Origin: Felis catus
Taxonomy: Eukaryota
Direction of reading: 5' to 3'
NCBI RefSeq assembly: GCF_018350175.1
Contig: NC_058368.1
Coordinates: 188,296,001-188,360,000 of the forward strand
DNA: 64,000 bases
The notes below the pieces were generated by a model. That model saw nothing but the letters and a program-made list of their open reading frames with translations. It was not told the origin of the DNA and ran no database searches. Both the position numbers and the translations under genes were made by a program. Positions 23,951 to 37,300 of this stretch are shown here, one piece after another; position 1 is the stretch's first letter; each line of letters starts with the position of its first letter.

Positions 23951-25629
23951 CGTTCCCCATGAGCACTGTGGGTCAGAGCGTTCACTTCATTCTTTAAACA
24001 CGGAGATATCAGTCTGCGTCTGAACTGTCGCATTCAAGGTGACTCTATATCTGAAGTGCAACCATCAACTATTTCATAATGCTTCCAGAATAGTCAGGTC
24101 TACATTTTTCTACATTGCAATTCTTATTACTCTATCATAAATTATCTTTCTTTTCTTTTTTATTTATATTACAGAGAGGCATTACAATATCTTCTTTAAA
24201 AATTATGTATCTAAATGGATATGATGTTTGAACTTCATTTCACAATAACAAAGGGGGTGAGAGATATTTGTGATGAAAGGGTGTTCTGAATCTGGTGGGG
24301 TTGAGAGCATGGCTGTATCAGAACAGTAGTTACTCGTGCTCTCTGGCTCAAATTCCACATTCCTACCACAGATATGATATCTGCACCTATCTCACAGATT
24401 AGCTGTGAGGATTAAATACTAGCAATAGGCTTAATGAATGCAGTTATTATGATTAGGATTACAGTTACTGTTATTATAACTAATCACATAAAATCTCTCT
24501 TCACAGCTTTGTCTAATTGAAATTGGGCCTTTGTGACCTGGCCCCACGGACATTACACTATCCCAACCCTGTGGTCTGACCAAATGTAACAACTTCCCAT
24601 CCCCTGAGTGATCTGAGCAGTTAAAAGGCCTGGCCATGTGCATGCTGTTCTCTCTGCCTAGACAGCTCTTTCTGTGACCCCAATCTTTCCCACTTTTCCC
24701 TCAAGACTCAGTTCAACTAACACCTCTTCTGGGAAGCCTTCTTCCACCAGCAAATCTTATGTCGCTCTCTCCTTTATGTTCCAAACACTGTGTTTCCTGC
24801 CCCTCTCATAGCTATATTGTAATTAGTAGTTGATTCATCCATTTCCCGTATTACACTGTGAATCCTTTGAGAGCATAGAGGGGGTTTTGTGTCTTTGAAC
24901 TCTGGCACACGAGTTGGTGTTCAGTAAGTGTTTGTTGATTGACTGAATAAATGAGTAAGTGAGTGAAGGACGTGAAGGAATGAATGGTACCCATTGCCTA
25001 GAAACCCTTTCTAGGCCTGATAATTAGCAAAGCCAGGCCTGAAATGTGCGTCTTTAAACATCCAACTCAGGGGCGCTTCCTGTAGTAACCCAGCTCACCA
25101 CAGTGGTTTGGCCTGGTCAACAGAGCAGAACAAATATTTTCCCTCCTGGAAAGTTTTACTTCCAGTTCCAGGATTCCCAGCTGTGTTGGACAAAGTGCTA
25201 CCTTCAAAACAGTGAGGAAGAGTACTCCTCCTCTTAGGAAAGAAGTAGGGCCCAGGAAGTGCGAGGGCTCTCAGGAATCGAACATCCTTGGGCTTCCAAT
25301 ATATCCATCAGCTGTTCAGATTTTCTTCTGAGGCTTTGCCCTGATGAGGATTCTGGCCGCTCTACCCCAACCTCATATTCCAGGCAATTCTGCCTTTCCA
25401 GGAGGTACCTAATGGGACCCACTTAAGATTCTAACTTGACAACCACCATAAGTTACCAGGCCCAACCAGGACTTGGGGAAACACCAAAATTTTTGCTTTT
25501 CTCACATTTGTGGCTGTTAGGCGATGGGTCAGTAGCAACCAGGTCCTTAGTGAATTCCAGGACCCCAATTTGGTGACCACTGGCAGAGTAGACTTGGCTG
25601 CTGGCTTCCCCAGGTCAAGAGGAACCTTT

Positions 25630-25866
25630 TATTTTATTTATTCTTTTATTTTTATTATTTTGTAATGTCTTATTTATTTTTGAGACAGGGAGACAGAGTA
25701 CCAGCAGGGGAGGGACAGAGAGAGAGCGAGACACAGAATCCGAAGCAGGCTCCAGGCTCCGAGCTGTCAGCACAGAGCCCAACGCCGGGCTCCAACTTGT
25801 GAACCGCATGATTGAGACCCGAGCTGAAGTCAGAGGCTCCACCAACTGAGCCACCCAGGCTCCCCC
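25630..25866 (-). mobile_element. CAN-SINE (SINEC_Fc-like)
   Basis: Body cagaatccgaagcaggctccaggctccgagctgtcagcacag with an antisense head and T-rich tail. Confidence 0.92.
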
Positions 25867-26114
25867 AGAGGTTCTTTTTTAAATGTTCATATTCTAGTGT
25901 TTCTGGTACCTGTTTTCGATTCCTTCCTTGCTTCCTGGGGAAGTAGAAAAAGTACCGAACTGTGAGGACCCAGTTCTAGACTTGGTTCTGCCATGGCACA
26001 CATCTGTGGCCTTGAGGAAGTCACACAATTGGTCGGGGTTCTAGTTACCTAATTTGTGAAAAGATAGGATTCAAACTTATCTCTAAGATTGCTTCTAGTT
26101 CTAAGTACTCTACA

Positions 26115-26271
26115 CACTTGCTACACAAAGTGTGGTCCACAGACCAGCAGCAGAGCATCACCTGGGAGATGGTAGAAATGCCAAGTCTCACTCAGGCCCC
26201 ACCTGGAGCTACTGAATTAGAATCTGCATTTTACCAAGATCCCTATACCTTCAAAATTTAGAATGCATTGC
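26115..26271 (+). mobile_element. MER5A1-like MITE
   Basis: gctacacaaagtgtggtccacagaccagcagcagagcatcacctgggag...gaatctgcattttaccaagatcc. Confidence 0.75.
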
Positions 26272-26446
26272 TCTAGGACACCACATGTTTGATCACTAGA
26301 CTGAGTTTCTCCTCCTTCTAGAAAAGTACTTTTGAATCCGGACAAGAACTGCATCTACCTAAGAGATTAGTGTCACTCAGAGAGGAAAGATGGCTCTTTG
26401 AATAGGGTTTGTTCAGCTCATACTGCCTAAGTAAGCTCTAACCAGA

Positions 26447-26586
26447 TTCTTCCTTTCCTTTCCTGACTTTCTACCTTCTTTCCTTCCTTTTTTCTTTCCT
26501 TCTGTCCTTCCCTTCTCTTCCTTCCTTCTCTCCTTCCTCCCTCCCTCCCTCCCTTCCTCCCTTCCACCTCTCCTTCCTTCCTTTCC
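26447..26586. repeat. Pyrimidine-rich (TTCC/TCCC)n tract
   Basis: Read directly from the sequence. Confidence 0.85.
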
Positions 26587-27312
26587 CACTGGGAAAATGG
26601 GGAGAAAAAGAAAAGCCTTACTATCTTCCAACAAAAGAATTATCTTACTCCTGCTTCCCCAGGGCCCCTGGTCCCCTCTGGGATAAGCCCTGTAAGTGTG
26701 CTCTGACTCCTGCCCAAGAACACAGCCCTCTGTAGCCATCCAGCTGAGGAGGTAGAGGAGAGGCCCTGGAAGTTGGGGAATGAGAAACAGGGGAGGGACT
26801 GAAAGGGCTCTGCAGGGAGCCAGGCCCCACTGAGGGAGCTTTTAAAAACAAACATTCCGATGGCTTTTCTCTACTCTTGCCAAAACTTCCCTTCTGGAAA
26901 TGAGGCCACAAGGACCCTCTATGGCACCCATCCTTAGGCAGCCACAGGGCAGATTCAGAGAGCAAAGCTACCCATTGCTGCATGCTGCTGGTATGCCCAG
27001 TCCCTGATAGAAGATTAATGTCCCCTTGCCTGGTGAGAAGTTGAAAATTAACACGTGAGTGTTCCCAGTCCTCTCCTCATCTGCCTGATTAGGTTTTTCC
27101 TCTCCACACTCCTTCAGGGAGTCTGCTGCCATTGCCAGAAGGGTTCTTTGGTATGTGCACATGGCCAGAAAAGGGAAAGAGAGGTACGAGATTTAGGAGT
27201 CATAAAAGAAGACGGTTTTTTAGGTGAGTTTCAAAAAGAGATCATGAGGACAGCTAAAGGATGTGAGGGTTGTTGATGGGAGAGAAAAAACAGATGTTGT
27301 GTCCTTATAAAC

Positions 27313-27492
27313 CAGTGGTTCTCAAAGTGAGGTCCCAAGACCCCTTGTATCAACATCATTTAAGAATGTGCTAGAAATACAAATTCTCAGGCCCTATCTC
27401 AGACCTATTGAATCAGATAGTCTGGGGATGGGGCCCAGCAATCTCTTTTAAAATGTTTTCCAGTTTGATGCCTGCTAAAGTTTGAGAATTAT
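27313..27492 (+). mobile_element. MER5A hAT-Charlie MITE
   Basis: cagtggttctcaaagtgaggtcc...tagaaatacaaattctcaggccc...gctaaagtttgagaa, with inverted termini. Confidence 0.85.
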
Positions 27493-28249
27493 CATTATAA
27501 ACTATGCATTATTTCCATAGTAAATAAGAATTAGAGGGGAAAAAACGGGTTTATTTGAAACTATCGCACTCTTTCTTTGGCCACACACTTTGGCTCTCAA
27601 ATGGGAAGATGTGGATCACTGACATGATAGGGTTACACTTGTCTTGCTGGTGTTCGTTGCAAGAAAGCATCTTCTCATGCCGTGCATCTTCGTTCTGCTC
27701 TTACAAAGAATCATCACACAGGATTTCTATCTCGTCCATTGCATGGGCCTTAAGCAACAGGATGGTAGGTAAAGTTGAAGGACTGTTCTTTTGTCCTTGG
27801 TGTTTTATGCTCAAGAACTGACATCTACAAAACCCTGTTTTCATTCAATAGTGGACAGCCTATTTAACTTGTGCCCCAGACTACAATTTTACCTAAAACT
27901 TTAACCAGAACTGACCAGAGTTGGGAGACTGGAGAGAAAGCGTATATTCTCATGATCCAAGTTTTTCTAGATGCCACCAGCCTGTAAGCACAGGGGAGTT
28001 CAACACTCATCCAGATACTTCACTGTCTTCTTCCACTTTGTTCATGGAGGATCAGCTTCCCAAGCCTCCCTCCAGTACCTAATGTGATGTCATAAATCAG
28101 GCTGGCATTACCAAGTGCCATCCCTGCACAGGGATCCCTTCTGCTGGGTATCACCCTAACCAGTAAGTTCAGACTTATACGGAACACAGACATGTAAATA
28201 GGCTACTGTACTACAGGAGGATTTCTTCAAACCTTAAAAAAAGAAATAA

Positions 28250-29375
28250 ATAAAAGACATGATTTAAAAAAACATAAATATAGTAAAATTGTATGAAACA
28301 AAAAGTAAAATTGCTTTCTCTCACTTTTAGCTACCTTATTCCCAAAACGTTTTGTGTGAATCTTTCCAGAAATGTTTTATGCACGTGCTAGCATATATAT
28401 TCTTTCTTTCATTCGCACATGGGACCACTTTGTGCACACAGTTCTGCACTTCAATTTTCTCCATCAATAGCTTGGAAACTGTTTAGCACATTCTTTTTTG
28501 TGGGTGTGTGATTTTTTTTTAATTTTATTTTTAATTTTTTTTTAATTTACATCCAAATTAGCATATAGTGAAACAATGATTTCAGGAGTAGATCCCTTAA
28601 TGCCTCTTACCCATTTAGCCCATCCCCCCCCCACAACCCCTCCAGCGACCCTCAGTTTGTTCTCCATATTTGAGTCTCTTCTGTTTTTTCCCCTCCCTGT
28701 TTTTATATTATTTTTGTTTCCCTTCCCGTTTGTTCATCTGTTTTGTCTCTTCAAGTCCTCATATGATAGCACATTCTTTTTAATGGCTGCATAATATTCC
28801 ATCATATGGATGTGCCATGATTGTAATAACCAATCCTATTTATGGCCCTTTCCCGTTTTTACTTTCTAGAAACAATATTGCAGTGAACATTCCTGTAGTT
28901 ATATTTGTGAATATATATATGTGGGTTAAACTATCACCCATGGATCAAAAGGTATACACACTTCCAATTATTGCCAAAATGCCCGACTAAAATATTATAT
29001 CAGTTATATGCTCACTGACTGTGAATGCGTGTCCCTGTTTCCTTATTTACTCAACAACACGGAGTATTATCAAGCTTTTCAGATTTTTTCCAATCTGATA
29101 GGTGAAAAATGTCATCTCATTGCTGCCTAGATTTGCATGGCTTTGATTAGAAGAAAGCTGAACATCTTTTCGTGCATTTATTGGTTATTGCATTTTTTTT
29201 TCTGAACTGTCTTTTATATCCTTTGCCCATTTCTCGGTTGGTTTGTTCATATTTATTCTTATTGGTTTGTATGAGCTCTTTGTAAAGTAAGGAAATGACC
29301 TTCTTGTCTGTTCTACGTGTTGCAGATACTATGTACTGTTTTATCATTTGTCTCTACATTTTAATTTGTATTAAT
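28250..29375 (-). mobile_element. Old L1M (L1ME-like) fragment, interrupted by the young L1 above
   Basis: Degenerate antisense L1 3'-region motifs (taatggctgcataatattccatcatatggatgtgccatg; caatctgataggtgaaaaatg..atctcattg). Confidence 0.7.
28499..28766 (-). mobile_element. Short 3'-end fragment of feline LINE-1 inserted in an older L1M
   Basis: Closely matches the 3' UTR of the L1 at 50207-50460 (gcatatagtg...caggagtaga...acccatttagcccatcccc). TSD tagcacattcttttt lies at 28484-28498 and 28767-28781. Confidence 0.9.
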
Positions 29376-30213
29376 TTTTTTTTCTTTCTGGAGACCAGCA
29401 TGATGCGGGAAGAATCGGCAGTGAGATGGTCCATTTCAGACAGCATTTCTTTGCCCGGCTGGTCCTTTGTGAAGCTGGAGACTCAGAGGTGACAGAGGCT
29501 GAGAGAGGGTGGATGGAAGGTGTGTGAGCCTGTGTCTTCCAGCTGTGAGTACTGGGGACGGTGCTGGGTCGGCCACTCCCACAGACCCAGCACAACACTT
29601 CTTTCATATCTCACCTTTGTAGCAAAACACAGCCCATCGGTCTGATCTTCACCATCAGAAAGAGTTCTCTTTCTGGGGCCTCGTGGCCCTTTCCACAATG
29701 GTGAGGTCACTACAGACCATCAAGCAAATTTTGATAACTCTGAACCTCCAGGAGATTAAGCTGGAATTTTTTGTCCCTTTCCTCCCAGGGGGCCACTGTG
29801 CTCCTAACTATATGGGTGTAAATAGCTCGGCCATCTCGCTCAGGGGAAACCAAGGCCCCTTCATACTAAAGAGAGAGTTAGTAATGAGTCCCTGATTTGA
29901 CCTGTTACAAAATTAATGAACTAACTGATCACCTCTTAAGGCTTTCAGAGGAATATTGGTGGGAGAGAATCTCATATTGGTGGCATTTCAAGGAATATAA
30001 CAAGGGAGGTGGAAAATCATTCAGGTTCTGTAAGAAAGGATACGCTTGGGCCGGGTGGGAGGGAGGTGGGTGGTACAGGGATATACTCACCCTGCCCCAT
30101 GGTCTGCCTCCGAGTCAATGCCCACTTCCTAACCCATCCCACCTAACAAGGTCATTTTGACTTTATTTTTTATTTGTTTTTACTTTTATTTTTTTTAAAC
30201 AGTAAGATTACGT

Positions 30214-30433
30214 CTTTATTTTTTAATGTTTATTTATTTTTGAGAGAGACAGAGACAGTGAGAGAGCATGAGTGGGGGAGGGGCAGAGAGAGCGGGAGAG
30301 AGAGAATCCCAAGCAGACTTTGTGCTACCAGCGCAGAGCCTGATGTGGGCCTCAAACCCACGAGTTGTGAAAGCACGACCTGAGCCGAAACCAAGAGTGG
30401 AATGCGTAACCGACTGAGCCACCCCGGCACCCC
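30214..30433 (-). mobile_element. CAN-SINE
   Basis: Antisense head aaccgactgagccaccccggcacccc, GA tract and T-rich tail. Confidence 0.92.
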
Positions 30434-31016
30434 TGATTTTATTTTTTAAACCATGCCCACAGCAGTAGCTGTTGGGGGAAATGCTTAGAATAGCCTGTCA
30501 GAATGGAGATGGTGAGCTGGGAATTCTGTCTCCTCACTTTTTCAAGAGAATGGAGGAGAAACAGCACAGAGCTACCTAAAGGCAGAAGCTTGTATCATTC
30601 CTACCCCACTGTAATCCTTATGTGCTGATGGCAAGGAACGAGTATGAACTCTGCTTCAAAGCTCAGTTAGAAGGAACATCACGTTACTTCAAGTCTAAAT
30701 AAGCCTAGCTCTTCAGCCCTCACCAGGTTGATGGGAAATTCAATCTGAGTCATGATTTTGAGAGCCCTTCCACTCCCTGAATTCATACCAGATTCCAGGA
30801 ACTTATTTGGACGTTGGGTAACAGGAGAAGGGTCCTGAGCCACCTCACCCCAGTGACCCTTCTGATGACAAGAGGTAGTGTTATCCTGCTCACACCTTTG
30901 GGCACTGGGTCTTTCCTGGAAGCTACAATCTGACTGTTCTCTGAGATTCTAAACATGTTCAGGGTGCTGGGTGTCACCAGCTACAGGACTTGCCAAAACC
31001 CTGACACTTACCCAGT

Positions 31017-31920
31017 TGTGGTGCTTTTAACACCCATCTGCAATTTCCTTAACATTCCTCCCATCAAAAGGGAGAATTTAATTCCCCTCCCTTTGAATAT
31101 GGACTAGCTTTGGTGTTACAGGCTGAATTATGTCTCTCCCTCCACCGCTGCCCCATAAAATTCATGCATTGAAGCCCTAATCCCCCAGTACCTAAGACGG
31201 TGACTGTTTGGAGATAGTGCCTTTAAAGAGGTAAATAAGTTAAATTGAGGCCATTTGGGTGGGTCCTTATGAGAAACGATTAGGACCCAAAAACACACAC
31301 CAAGGGAAGACCAAATGAAGACACAGGGAGACGACAGTCTCCACAAGCCAAGGAGAGGGGCCTCGGAAGAAACCAATCCTGATAAAACCTTGATCTTGGA
31401 CTTCCAGCCTCCAGAACTGTGAGAAATAAATTTCTGTTGCTTAAGCCTCCCAGTCTGTGGTGCTTTGCTATGGCAGCACTAGCAGATTAATACATGTGGT
31501 GACTAGAACGTAGTCCACGGGAGGCTGTGGGACTTCTCAGGCTAGGTTAGAAAAGGTAACACAGCTCCTGCCCGGCTCTCTCTCCCAAGATGCTTGCCCT
31601 TGGAGCCCAGCCACCATGTGGCAAGGAGGAAGCCCCGGCCATGAGAAGTGTACGTGTTCTGGCCGGCAGCCCCAGTGAAGGCCCCACTGACAGCCAGTAT
31701 TAATTGTCAGGCATGTGAGCAAACAGACTTGAGAGGACTCCAGCCCCAACCTTCCAGACGCCCCAGCTGAGTGGAGACAGAGAGAGAGAGAGAGAGAGAG
31801 AGGTGCATTGTTCCCACCAACCCCTGGCCAACCTGCCAATTCATGAGTAAAATAAATGTTGTTGTTCTAAGCCACCAAGTTTTGGGGTGTTCCTTTAAGA
31901 AGCAATAGATAAAATGAACA
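31017..31920 (+). mobile_element. Older MaLR LTR (MLT1F-like), interrupted at 31114-31494
   Basis: Starts tgtggtg...attcctcccatcaaaag...cccctccctttgaatatgg and ends aataaatgttgttgttctaagccaccaagttttggg...agcaatagataaaatgaaca. Confidence 0.7.
31114..31494 (+). mobile_element. MaLR LTR MLT1A/B-like, nested in an older MLT1
   Basis: Runs tgttacaggctgaattatgtc...ttgatcttggacttccagcctccagaactgtgagaaataaatttctgttg...taataca. A 5-bp TSD tttgg/tgtgg flanks it. Confidence 0.85.
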
Positions 31921-33525
31921 CCGGTCTCGAGGAGTCAACAACTTCTGGCTCTCTCTAGTCTTAAGAAATATTTCCTTTCTCCTCCTCCCATTGCAAAAGA
32001 TCCCACATAATCTCCTTCAACTTGACTTTCACTATACAGTGTTGGCTTCTCTTTCTAGGGGGTAAGGGTGGGAGGACAGGTTTATACCAACCAGTTTTTT
32101 TTTTCTTATTATTTCACACTAATACAGTAATCTGAGTGCTCTCTGTATATCACTTTTTTATTTCCTGTGGATGGTGAGATCTATAGAGGTAAGCAGGTCC
32201 CTGCATCTGTATACAGTCAATACGTGCAGGGGTCCCTTTGACTGCCTCTGCTCCGGCTTAAGGCCAACCTTGAGTTAACATTCAGCACTCTGCCACACCC
32301 CTCAGAACAAACTTAATTCCCCATACGCTGGAGATTAATGCAGGTGTCATTGTAAATTGAACCGGAGGGTGGAGAGAGGGTTATAACACATACTACCCAG
32401 AAAAACTGTTGGTCTACTATAGACATCACTACTTTCTCTTTCCGGTTTTCCCAGGATCTACCCCTCTCCCCTGGTGCCCGGTCCCGGGGGCTCTTGGCTC
32501 CACCCCTCCAACAGTGGAATTCTACCTCTCTTTAGCTAGCGTGCTACACCCAGCAGAATACAAAATTTGGGGCAGCCAAACAGCAACAGTGCGGTTCCTG
32601 AAGCATGCCCCTAAGGCTTTCAGCTCTTTCCAACACGCTTTCAATCTCATTTTCGTGTTGTTACTCATGTTACTTGTTTCTGTTTCTTTCCCTGGGAGCT
32701 CAAGGAAATTGGCAAGGGCTGTGCTGTTTTCTCTCTGTTGCTTTGAAGAATGTGACCATGGCAGCCCTCCTCCAAAGTCCCTGTTGCCAAAGTCAACACT
32801 AGGGTGCAGAAGCTAGAGCCGGTCACCAGCGCATGGCGGCCCGGTCCTGCTGTAGCAATAGCCTCACCCGACAAAAGGCACACAGCCCCCAAATAGCAAG
32901 GAGCCAAGGCAGACGCGAGAAGAAACGCTCCTTCTATGTACCTCTTTATTTTATTTGCCAGATAAAGGGTGTTAGAGTCTAGTTCTCACCCCAGAGGTGG
33001 AAAACTGCAGCAATCATGCCAGGAGGGGTTGCCAAAGATAGTGGTTGGGGAAAGCCAGCCCCTCCCAAAGATGCAGCTATATGTAGCAATTATAACCAGA
33101 ATGCACAGCTCCCATTTGTTCAGCACTTACTGTGTGGTAGTCATGTCGAGTTCTTCATGCGCTATCTCACCTGATACTCAGAACAACCTTATGAGGCAGG
33201 TACCATTATTACTCCCACTTCACAGATGACAAAACAGAGGCGCAGACGGTGCTAAGTGGCTTAGCCAAGACTACAGAGCCAATGAGGACAGGAGACCAAT
33301 GAGCAAGTGAGGACAGTTCTTTTCTCTCATCATCAGTATCAAAGGAATGTCAAACAAATCTGGTCCAAGAGGACAGGGACTGTCATGTTCCCCATAAGAA
33401 GAGGCACCATTCCCAAGCACTCACCACGTGCTAACTCTTTAAGGTGAGGCCTCTCCTTTATTACTCATGTCAACCTTAGGAAGTAGATGTGCTCATTATT
33501 CCTTGTCTTACTGATGAGGATTTTA

Positions 33526-33740
33526 TTTTATTTTATTTATTTATTTATTTATTTTTTTTGGGACAGAGACAGAGCATGAACGGGGGAGGGGCAGAGAGAG
33601 AGGGAGACACAGAATCGGAAACAGGCTCCAGGCTCTGAGTCATCAGCCCAGAGCCCGACGCGGGGCTCGAACCCACGGACCGCGAGATCGTAACCTGGCT
33701 GAAGTCGGACGCTTAACCGACTGCGCCACCCAGGCGCCCC
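33526..33740 (-). mobile_element. Young feline SINEC_Fc
   Basis: CpG-rich body (cccgacgcggggctcgaacccacggaccgcgagatcg...accgactgcgccacccaggcgcccc). A 14-bp TSD tgatgaggatttta lies at 33512-33525 and 33743-33756. Confidence 0.95.
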
Positions 33741-36700
33741 ATTGATGAGGATTTTAAACAAAGAAGGAGCACAACCTGATTTATATGTTGAAAGGCCCTC
33801 TCCAGGTCTTTGCCCAAATCCCTAAAGTCACTTCCTGCTGTGTGGAGAATGGGTGCTTGGAGGCAGGGTGGAAGCAAGGAAAGCAGTTACAGCACGTGCA
33901 ATCATACAGGTGACGAGGAGAGGTAGCAGGCAGACCACAGGGACCTTGTGGAGGGATGCATGGTGGAGCCACAAGCCTCCGTGACTCCATTTTCTCTGGC
34001 GTGACTCCATTTTCTCGGGCTTGCAGGGAGAATCACCGCTGTTGTAATGATTAGCCAGCACACCCCACCCTCAGGGCAAATGCCTGGCACAGAGCCAACA
34101 CTGAATCCGTGGGGGTGGTAATGGTGGCAGCAGTGGCAGCCACATCAGGAGAGATGATGAAAGATAACACAGTGCCTAGAAGGGTAAAAGAGTGCCCAAA
34201 GGAAAGATAGATGACAGTTGCCAGTAGGAACCATTTTGCAGAGGCTGATCCTGATGACCATGTGGACAATAGAGAGAATGACAATACCAGCCACCAACTC
34301 AGTGTGCGCCAGGGTTCAGGCACCTCGCCTTGCACGTTGAATTCATTCTCTCTGAATCCTCATAAGAACTCAGTTAAGTAGATGCTACTAATACCCTCCA
34401 TTTATGTTTGAGGAAACAGGTTCAGGGAGCAGAAGCCAGGAGGCGACACAGCCAGGACCCTAACCCTCTCTGTTTGCCCAAGTAGTGAGCTCTCTGCACC
34501 ACCTCTCCTCCCACGCCCCAAACCATAAGGGTGCTGCCTCATCCTGTGAACTCCCAGCCTCCTTCTGGGCAAGAAGGCTGGGCAATGCACTCTGTTCTTC
34601 TCTCTTCGGGGTCCGGAGGTCACGGCCCTGCAGCAAGCAGACAAGCCCCGGGCCAGGCAGGGCCAGATCTGAAGTCTTGCTATCTGCTTCATTTCATCAG
34701 GCTGCCAGCGGCCGAGCACAGGAAATTAAAAGCAACTCGTAGATCCCAGAGCGTGGCATCAAGTGATCTCAGACAGAATCTGTCCCCCTTCCCTCCCACT
34801 TCTCGCTTCTGCAAGAAGGTGGCTCTTAGCAGTCAGTAGCTGAACTTTGCAGAGAACCAGGGTGTCCTAGCTGCTGGAGCCCCAGAGGCAAATAAGGAGG
34901 CTCGCCCTCAGTGGGTTCGGGGTCTGGGGAGGCAGGTCCTTAGAGTGACGGTGGTAGTGCGTGCGTGTGCGCGAGTGTGTGTGTGTGTGTGCACATGTGA
35001 GCATGCACATGTGTATTCTAGAAGGAGACACAGAAAAGAATGGTGGCTTTCATGGGGCAAACTGGACTCACAGGTGACGAGAAGCCAATTTTTCTCTCTA
35101 TACCTTTTGCATAGTTGAACTTTGTACCACGTGCTTACGTTAACTATTTTGATAAACAATATATACTTGGAAGATGAAATAAAATAAAGATCTACGTAGA
35201 AGAGAGACACCTAACCCATGGGGAAGGGGACAGTTAGAGAAAGTTTCTTTCAGGTGATACTCTTGAGTCTTAAAGAACAAAATGAATTAACAGGTAGCAA
35301 AGACAGGGGAAGGAATTTCAGGCAGAGGACACAGCTCAAGCAAAGGCTTAGAGGTGAGGGGGAGCCAGGGAGCTTACTGTAGGGAAAAGGCCGAGCACTG
35401 GAACACAAGGGACTGGATTTTCAGCTTCTCTCCTTCCTCCTCCATTTGCCAGCCACATGCTGGAGCATTGCTCAGGTCTAACCATAGGCCTGTTGTGAAA
35501 TTAATTTCAAGACGTAGTGGGGGGGTTGGGTATCTTACCAATCCACCATTACGTGCCAGCAGTAACATCTCATAGCTGAGACACCCTGTGAGTGCAGACA
35601 TCTGCTATTTCTGCTTGCCTAACATCCCTTCCTCTGAGTCTTGGCTGAAGTACCCCCTTTCCTTCCTTTGAAAACCCTCCCCTTACTCTCTCATGTGGTT
35701 CCGAGAAGATGGTCAATGATGACACCCCTACTCCATGTTACTCCAGCCAAGTGAGGGGGTGGGTGGTGGCACAGCTGACCCAGACTTGTCCACAGGACTC
35801 CCTCTCTCTAGGATCTGATCTTGGCAGGAACCTCGTCAGCATGCCCAAAGGCTGGGCTGATTCTCTCCTTTGGGGATGCCCTGAAGTGGCAGGTTCCTGT
35901 TCATTGGGAACTGACTGTTGGGTTTTTCCCTTCACTTCTCTGAACTAAGCCACCTAATAAGTTGGCTTAGTTGCTTTTTAGCCTATTACTTACAACCAAA
36001 GAACCCTAGGGAATGCCCCTGCTCTTTGAGAGTCAAATAAAAATTGGTTTGAGACCCCATCCTACATGCGAAGCACAATCCTCATTCCTGTCCACCCTTC
36101 TGAGGACTTCCTTAATCACCTGTTTCCACTGAACTATTTTAGTTTATGGATAATCCCCCCATCTTGTGCAGGCTGTCAGTGCCAATACACATGAGGAATT
36201 CAGCATGTTTTCCTCAATTTCTCTCTTCTTCCCTAAGACCCACTTATACAAGGGATGTGTGTGTGTGGGGGGGAATCTTTATCGAAGAGAGATAATGGTT
36301 TACAGCACTCACAAATAAAAACTGTGCAATCAAAAATTAGACATCCTTGTTCTTAAAATTTCCACAAGTATAAGTTTCAAGTTTCATTTCCCCCTGAGAA
36401 GTCCCCTCCTCCTGTACTTCCTCTCCTTCAGAGTCTCTCACCCAAAGTCCCTATTTATTTTTATGCACAAGACACCAGTTCTCTCTTCATCATTTTGTCT
36501 CTTGCCAACTTCGCCCTCAGGGTCTCAAGACAGTTCTCCTCCAGAAGAGAATTCTGGGGCCAGGCATTAGAATAGTTGCACCCCACTACAATGATTTCTT
36601 CAGACAGAAGATTAGAACCAGGCCAAAGAACTGCCGTGGCCCCTTCCAGTTTTAGAACAATGATTCTGGCCTCTGGAAAGGTCACAATCCTTTCTACTTG

Positions 36701-37300
36701 AGTTCACATTGAATTGGATGGGGTGATCACCTGTGCAAGAATGCAGGGCTCTCTCAAGGGCCACATTCATTTCTTCCCAGAGGCCAAAGCCCCCCAAGGG
36801 AAGGATGCTGTGGGAATTAGAGCCACAGGTGGGCTGAGGAAGTGACCAGTGACCAGTGACCAACAGTGATTCTGGTCAGGGAGGGTGTCTCAGTGGTACC
36901 CAGTTTCTCCTTCTGCTGAATCTTTGCCATGTTACTTTGTGTGTATCATTCTAGTCACTGGACACTTGGGGTCCTGAAAACATGAGATCCGCATGGTGTT
37001 TACTCTTCATGGTGTTCACTCATGATCTCGGTGGTGCTTGATCCATGCCTGTAGAAGTAGCATATTCCCTCCCCAGAACTCATACTTCTCACTGACCATT
37101 CATTCAATAAACATGTGTCAAATTCCCCTTCTGTGCCAGCTCCTATCCACGAGAGTCTAAGAACCTAGTGGGGGATGTAGGGAAGAAACAGGCCATTATT
37201 TAAGAGTGAGATAAGTTCTGGATCATGAGTCCACTTTAAATAGCTATTGAGTATCTTCGGTGTGCTAGGCCTTGTCAAGGGAAATAAGACAGATCTCTGG

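Noticed and set aside
32198..32231. Hairpin ccctgca...tgcaggg as a possible pre-miRNA
   Set aside because: The stem is too short and interrupted for a Drosha substrate.
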